Assembly (NCBI GenBank): GCA_963771885.1
Contig: CAVYVF010000022.1
Location: 1 to 64,000, forward strand
Origin: Candidatus Bathyarchaeota archaeon
Lineage (GTDB): Archaea > Thermoproteota > Bathyarchaeia > TCS64
DNA length: 64,000 nt
Reading direction: 5' to 3'
A program made the position numbers and the translations under genes. The notes under the pieces are model-generated. The model ran no database searches and was not told the DNA's origin. It saw nothing but the letters and a program-made list of their open reading frames with translations. Below are positions 58,976-64,000 of the stretch, piece after piece. How positions within the stretch are numbered: position 1 is the stretch's first letter; each line of letters opens with the position of its first letter.

Positions 58976-60010
58976 TTGAAGACTCTCATCAGGGTCGGCA
59001 TAGTGGGCTATGGCGCCTATGTGCCGATGTTCAGGCTCAAGGCAGCCGAGGTCAACCGCATGTGGGGGACCTCAGGGGAGCCCGTCGAGGAGAAGGCGGT
59101 CGTGGCTCTCGATGAGGACACCGTCACAATAGCGGTCGAGTGCGCGAGGCAGGCTGTGAAGCGCTCAGGTGTTGATCCGTCGCTCATCGGGGCGGTCTAC
59201 GTCGGCACCGAGTCCAAGCCATACGCTGTCAAGCCCTCGGGCACAATCGTCGCCGAGGTCATCGGTGCGACGCCCAGCGTCTCAACCGCCGACTACGAGT
59301 TCGCCTGCAAAGCGGGCACCGAGGCGATGCAGACCTGCATCGGTCTAGTCGGCAGTGGGATGCAGAAGTACGCTATGGGCATAGGCGCCGATACGGCGCA
59401 GGGTAAACCAATGGACGCGTTGGAGTACACCGCCGCTTGTGGAGGCGCCGCCTACCTCTTCGGCCCAGCCGAGGAGAGCGTCGCCGAACTCGAAGCCTCT
59501 TACAGCTTCGTCACCGATACCCCAGACTTCTGGCGCAGGCCCAAGGAGATGTACCCGCGCCACGGCAACCGATTCACTGGAGAGCCAGCCTATTTCAAGC
59601 ATATCACAGGCGCGGGCAAAGCGCTCCTCGCCGAGACGGGATATAAGCCAACGGACTTCAAGTGGGCGGTATTCCATCAGCCTAATGCAAAGTTCCCGAT
59701 CAACGTCGCCAAGATGCTCGGGTTCAGCATGGACCAGATCAACCCCGGGCTTGTCAGTCCCGTCGTGGGCAACACCTACGCCGGCTCGAGCCCGCTGGGA
59801 CTAGCAGCGACCCTGGATGTCGCCGAGCCGGGTGACAAGATATTCATGGTCAGCTACGGCAGCGGCTCGGGAAGCGACGCTTTCGTCTGGAAGGTGCGCG
59901 ACCCGATAAAGCAGCGTCGCGGCGGACCCAAGGTTAAGAGCTACATAGACAGGAAGAAGTACGTCGACTACGCGACGTACCTGCGCCACAGGGGGCAGAT
60001 TATAGCATGA
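58976..60010 (+). CDS. Hydroxymethylglutaryl-CoA synthase, archaeal type
   Basis: DEDTVT, GTESKPYAVKP, EFACKAGT, TDTPDFWRR, FHQPN, GNTYAG, SYGSG. Confidence 0.95.
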   Translation: MKTLIRVGIVGYGAYVPMFRLKAAEVNRMWGTSGEPVEEKAVVALDEDTVTIAVECARQAVKRSGVDPSLIGAVYVGTESKPYAVKPSGTIVAEVIGATPSVSTADYEFACKAGTEAMQTCIGLVGSGMQKYAMGIGADTAQGKPMDALEYTAACGGAAYLFGPAEESVAELEASYSFVTDTPDFWRRPKEMYPRHGNRFTGEPAYFKHITGAGKALLAETGYKPTDFKWAVFHQPNAKFPINVAKMLGFSMDQINPGLVSPVVGNTYAGSSPLGLAATLDVAEPGDKIFMVSYGSGSGSDAFVWKVRDPIKQRRGGPKVKSYIDRKKYVDYATYLRHRGQIIA

Positions 60011-61149
60011 GGAAGGTAGCGGTTGCCGGAATCGGGTTTACCAAGGTCGGCGAGCCCTGGGAGAGGAACGTCAAGGAACTCTTCGCCGAGGCGGCGTTAG
60101 GTGCCATGAGGGATGCGTCGCAAACCGAAGTCGAACATCTTTACGTCGCCAACATGATGGGTGCACACCTACAGGGACAGATAGGCATGGGCGCTATGAT
60201 GGCGGAGGCCATCGGCAGACCCGGCCTCCCCGCTGTCAGGATCGAGGCGGGGCAGGCAAGCGGTGGAGTCGCCTTCCATGAGGGAGTCAAGGCGGTCGCA
60301 TCCGGTATGAGTGACTGGGTTCTCGTCGGCGGAGTCGAGAAGATGAGCGACCTCCTACCCGAGGCTGTCACCAGCGCTATAGTTGGCGTGGAGGATCAGG
60401 AATACACATCATACACTGGCGTAACTAAGACGGGACTCTCAGCGATACTTCACAGGCTCTACAGCCATGAGTACGGTGCGACACCCGAGGAGATCGGGTG
60501 GTTCGCTGCCCGGAGCCACGACAACGCAGTAGGCGTCGCACACGCCCAGTACCCCTTCAAGCTCAGTATCGAGCGCGTCATGACGAGCCCCATGGAGGCC
60601 GATCCAATCAGGATGATGGAGTGTGCTGCGGTTGCTGATGGCGCAGCCGCTGTGCTCCTCGGGCCAGTCGATAAGGTCGCCAATGGAATCGAGGTTGTGG
60701 CTTCAACTGTCGCCACCGACCACCTCTTATTAGCCGCACGCAAGAACCCACTCACACTCGAGGCTGTAAAAAAGGCGGCGGAGAAAGCGTACTCGGTCGC
60801 CAGGCTCCAGCCGAGGGACATCGATGTCTTAGAGGTAACCGACGACACGACTATCGATGGTGTCCTCAGCCTTGAGGACCTCGGCTTCGCTGAGAAGGGT
60901 AAGGGGGCTAAGATGGTGGCAAAGGGTGCTACGACGAGGACCGGCGAGATACCGACGAACAACTTCGGCGGACTTAAGGCGAGGGGCAACCCAATCGCCG
61001 CGACGGGCCTCTACCAGATCGCTGAGACGGTCATACAACTACGCGGTAAAGCAGGGACAAACCAGGTTCCCGACGCTAAGGTAGGGATGGCGCAGAGCAT
61101 GGCGGGCGTAGGCTCCACCTGCTCCGTCGCCATACTAAGGAGGGGTTAA
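60007..61149 (+). CDS. Thiolase-fold protein with substituted catalytic motifs
   Basis: VGGVEKM, DGAAAV, GGLKARG; EAGQASG, EVTDDT and GNP replace EAACASG, EVHDCF and GHP. Confidence 0.88.
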   Translation: MRKVAVAGIGFTKVGEPWERNVKELFAEAALGAMRDASQTEVEHLYVANMMGAHLQGQIGMGAMMAEAIGRPGLPAVRIEAGQASGGVAFHEGVKAVASGMSDWVLVGGVEKMSDLLPEAVTSAIVGVEDQEYTSYTGVTKTGLSAILHRLYSHEYGATPEEIGWFAARSHDNAVGVAHAQYPFKLSIERVMTSPMEADPIRMMECAAVADGAAAVLLGPVDKVANGIEVVASTVATDHLLLAARKNPLTLEAVKKAAEKAYSVARLQPRDIDVLEVTDDTTIDGVLSLEDLGFAEKGKGAKMVAKGATTRTGEIPTNNFGGLKARGNPIAATGLYQIAETVIQLRGKAGTNQVPDAKVGMAQSMAGVGSTCSVAILRRG

Positions 61150-61150
61150 G

Positions 61151-61544
61151 ATGAGTGTTCCAAGATATTGGCGCGAGGAGAAGCCCCGTTATAGGCTCAT
61201 GGGAGAGGAATGCGCCAAGTGCGGTGCCAAGCACTATCCAAAAACACCCGTCTGCATCTGCGGCTCTAACGAATTCAAGCCATACAAACTCGCTGAGGTG
61301 GGCAAGGTAAAGAGCTGGACAGATCATCAGGAACGCCCCAGTTGGCTATGAGAAATACACGCCGTATTTAGTTGCCCTGATTGAGCTCGACGATGGCGTC
61401 CAGATACTGAGCCAAGTGGTCGATGTTGAGCCTGAAGCGGTCAAGGTGGGCATGAAGGTTGAATACGCCTTCCGCAAGGTCACTGAGGATGGGCAGGCGG
61501 GGCTACTCCAGTACGGGTACAAGTTCCGTCCAGTCGTCGAGTAA
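61151..61544 (+). CDS. DUF35 Zn-ribbon/OB-fold protein, apparent frameshift near 61320
   Basis: VPRYWRE, CAKCG, CICG; second frame PYLVALIELDDG...FRKV...YGYKFRP to TAA 61542-61544. Confidence 0.9.
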
Positions 61545-61603
61545 TCACCTATTTTTACTATCTTTATATTTCTCACCCCCAACAAGTGGTTGGGCTGTCG
61601 AAG

Positions 61604-63148
61604 ATGTCCACGGGCAACATATACGAGACAATCACTGAGATCGCGAAGAGGCGCGGCTTCTTCTGGCCGAGCTTCGAGATATACGGGAACATAGCTGGCT
61701 TCACGACATACGGCGACGTGGGCGTCAAGCTCAAGCGCAACATAGAGGCCCAGTGGCGCGAGTCGTTCGTCCGCCGCCAGGGATTCTTCGAGATCGAGGA
61801 CCCAATAGTCAACAGCAGCAAGGTCTTCGAGGCTAGCGGCCACCTCGCCAACTTCAAGGAGTACGCCGCGTCCTGCAGCCAATGCGGACGTGGCTTCCGC
61901 GCAGATCACCTCATCGAGGAGAAGACGGGTATGGAGCACGTCGAGGCACTTGGCGGTGACGCCATCAAGAAGCTCCTAGTGGATAACAACATCAAGTGCC
62001 CGGTCTGCGGCGGCGCATTAAAGGAGCCTACGCTCGTCCTCACAATGTTCCAGACTCAGATCGGCGCCACTGGCGGTGAGGTTGGCTACATGCGTCCCGA
62101 GGCGGCGCAGGGCATGTTCACAAACTTCAAGCGATGTTATCAGGCGAATAGGGAGCGGATACCATTTGCCATCAGCCAGCAGGGCAAGGTGTTGCGCAAC
62201 GAAGTCAGCCCACGCAGAGGCATGCACAGGCTCCGCGAGTTCACGATCATGGAGCTGGAGCTGTTCTTTGACCCTCAGAACCCCGCCTGCCCTTGGCTTA
62301 AGGAGGTGGAGGATGAGAAGGTTCGCCTCTACACTGAGGAGATGGAGGAGAAAGGCGCAAAGGAGCCGCTTGAGATCACGATCAAGGAGGCAGTGGCGAG
62401 CGGGCTCGTACTCACAGAGTGGCAGGGCTACTTCATGGGCGTGGGCAAGCGCTTCATGCAGAGCCTAGGGGTACCCACGGAGAGCCAGCAATTCCGCGCG
62501 CACCTCCCACAGGAGCGCAGCCACTACAGCAGCCAGACCTTCGACCACGAGGTCTACACGAAGAGCTGGGGCTGGATAGAGGTCGCGGGCCACGCCAACA
62601 GGACCGACTACGACCTCAAGGCCCATCAGAAGGGTAGCGGCGTCGATATGTCGGTGCTCCGTAAGGACGGGACACGATTCGTCCCCCACGTCATCGAGCC
62701 CAGCTACGGGCTGGATAGGCTCACATTCGTTGCCATGGAGACCGCCTACGAGCTCAGGGAGACGGCGAAGGAGAAGAGGACCATCTTCAGGTTCCCGAGA
62801 AACCTTGCCCCATATCAGGTCTCGGTCCAGCCGCTCGTCACAAAGGACGGTCTGCCCGAGAAGGCGATGACCGTCTACGACACTGTGCTCGCCGAGGGCT
62901 TCAGGGCCGTCTTCGACGACGGAGGAAGCATCGGGCGCCGCTACGCGAGGCAGGACGAGGTCGGTACGCCACTAGCCGTCACAGTCGACTACACAACTAT
63001 GGAGAAGGGCATCCTAACAATCCGCGAGAGGGATAGCTGGCAGCAGGTGACGCTACACGTCGATGATTTGCCGGCGAAGCTCCACGCCTACTTCAGGGGC
63101 GCCGAGTTCACTGGCCTCGGTCAGCTTGTCGTGCGCGGCGCAGAGTGA
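61604..63148 (+). CDS. glyS: Glycine--tRNA ligase (alpha2 type)
   Basis: KRRGFFW, ASGH, MRPEAAQG, RNEVSPR, REFTIME, PHVIEPSYG, SIGRRYARQDEVGTP. Confidence 0.95.
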   Translation: MSTGNIYETITEIAKRRGFFWPSFEIYGNIAGFTTYGDVGVKLKRNIEAQWRESFVRRQGFFEIEDPIVNSSKVFEASGHLANFKEYAASCSQCGRGFRADHLIEEKTGMEHVEALGGDAIKKLLVDNNIKCPVCGGALKEPTLVLTMFQTQIGATGGEVGYMRPEAAQGMFTNFKRCYQANRERIPFAISQQGKVLRNEVSPRRGMHRLREFTIMELELFFDPQNPACPWLKEVEDEKVRLYTEEMEEKGAKEPLEITIKEAVASGLVLTEWQGYFMGVGKRFMQSLGVPTESQQFRAHLPQERSHYSSQTFDHEVYTKSWGWIEVAGHANRTDYDLKAHQKGSGVDMSVLRKDGTRFVPHVIEPSYGLDRLTFVAMETAYELRETAKEKRTIFRFPRNLAPYQVSVQPLVTKDGLPEKAMTVYDTVLAEGFRAVFDDGGSIGRRYARQDEVGTPLAVTVDYTTMEKGILTIRERDSWQQVTLHVDDLPAKLHAYFRGAEFTGLGQLVVRGAE

Positions 63149-63305
63149 CGTAGCCTGCGACGCCCTCGACCTCGGCGACGTAGACGCCGTCGAGAACCTT
63201 GGATACTCCCTTATCATCCTTTAATGCTACCCCCTCAGGGGTCCCCTTAACGAGCCTCACCTTCTCCATTAGCAGCTCCTTATCGAGGTAGACGCGGAAC
63301 AGCAT
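63108..63305 (-). CDS. Small beta-rich protein, possibly CooT-like
   Basis: RVYLDKELLMEKV...LKDDKG pattern; lacks the Cys2 typical of CooT. Confidence 0.45.
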   Translation of the reverse strand: MLFRVYLDKELLMEKVRLVKGTPEGVALKDDKGVSKVLDGVYVAEVEGVAGYVTLRRARQADRGQ

Positions 63306-63351
63306 GCCGACTCGACTGAAAAAGAGCGCACGGTGTGTAAAACGTTTCGGG

Positions 63352-64000
63352 CTAGATGCGCCTGATTGTGCCGCCACCAGCTTCTTCCATTCGGCGCTGG
63401 TACTCGGCCATGAAGGCGGTCATCTTCTCCTCCGCCTCCCCCATCGTTGCGCCTTGCACGACTATGTCTACCTTTATCTCCTTGACCTTGCTGCGCTCCT
63501 CCTCCGCCTCGGGGGGAGTCGCGGCATTCTTGATGTAGATGTAGGGGTAGTCCTTCTGGAGCTGCGTGTAGAGGGGGAAGAAGTCCTTCCACACCATGGC
63601 GACGCCGTAGGTATGGCCGAGGAGCTTGTGCTTCGCCTCCGCCTCTAGCACGGGGGCGATGTGCTCGTTGAACATGCCCTGCATCTCCGGGGGGACGCCG
63701 GGTAGGGTGAAGATGAGCTTCCCCATGTGGAGGAGCTTCATGCCTACGCTCATGCCAACGTGGTTCTGGATCGCCTCGGAGTCCTCGAGGATGCGCGTCA
63801 TTCGTGCGCCGCGCTTGAGGTCGCTGCCGCGCCGCTCGTAGATTTCCTTGATCTTCAGGAAGCCAACGGGGTCGTTCACGACGGCCTTGCTCAGGGCGCG
63901 CCCTATGGCGTCGACTGTGAAGTCGTCCTCGCTGGGGCCGAGGCCGCCGGTGAATATGATGATCTCCGCGTCCCTGTCGAGGGCGCCGATGAGGGCGTCC
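63352..64000 (-). CDS. CinA-like molybdopterin-binding-domain protein, 5'-partial
   Basis: IIFTGGLGPSEDDFT near the window end; NHVGMSVG, TLPGVPPEM. Confidence 0.85.
   Translation of the reverse strand, partial: DALIGALDRDAEIIIFTGGLGPSEDDFTVDAIGRALSKAVVNDPVGFLKIKEIYERRGSDLKRGARMTRILEDSEAIQNHVGMSVGMKLLHMGKLIFTLPGVPPEMQGMFNEHIAPVLEAEAKHKLLGHTYGVAMVWKDFFPLYTQLQKDYPYIYIKNAATPPEAEEERSKVKEIKVDIVVQGATMGEAEEKMTAFMAEYQRRMEEAGGGTIRRI

Noticed and set aside
8474..63841. Numerous overlapping antisense or alternate-frame ORFs in the track
   Set aside because: Expected shadows of real genes in GC-rich DNA, with no motifs
1..64000. tRNA, rRNA and CRISPR arrays
   Set aside because: No cloverleaf/T-loop signatures, rRNA-like tracts or regularly spaced repeats seen by eye; tRNAscan-SE and Infernal would be decisive

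Overview
The window is a composite of two unrelated genomes joined abruptly at ~8167. Bases 1-8167 are AT-rich bacterial DNA (sigma70 promoters, Rho-independent terminators; Patescibacteria/CPR-like by inference). They carry orphan genes, a frameshifted rve/DDE insertion sequence with terminal repeats, a REP-like hairpin element, an MBL hydrolase and a tight 4-gene candidate defence operon (YwgA/Panacea-like wHTH, membrane protein, small PD-(D/E)XK nuclease, TIM-barrel/TGT-like protein cut at the junction). Bases ~8167-64000 are GC-rich archaeal DNA (TACK, most like Bathyarchaeia by inference). It is mainly core genes: sufS, glmS-agl24-aglH, rpo12-rpo5, pyrF/B/D/K, porCDAB, adk, gatDE, elp3, eS30, nop5/fibrillarin, rnhB, HMGS-thiolase-DUF35, glyS. 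Many genes, including essential ones, are split by single-base indels, which points to long-read consensus errors. The strongest novelty candidate is a stand-alone divergent NurA-HerA pair head-to-head with five tandem small winged-helix genes of two alternating paralog types, met by two convergent two-domain wHTH genes and bracketed by AT-rich palindrome-dense intergenic regions (28543-33878). Other notable items: a thiolase lacking all catalytic motifs in the HMGS-DUF35 operon, a CBS-HPF hibernation-factor-like fusion, an RPB5-like two-domain Rpo5, a radical SAM enzyme with a ferredoxin-like insert inside its Cys motif, and a degenerate Ino1. No tRNA, rRNA or CRISPR array was seen. All family assignments come from motif recognition by eye, not database searches.
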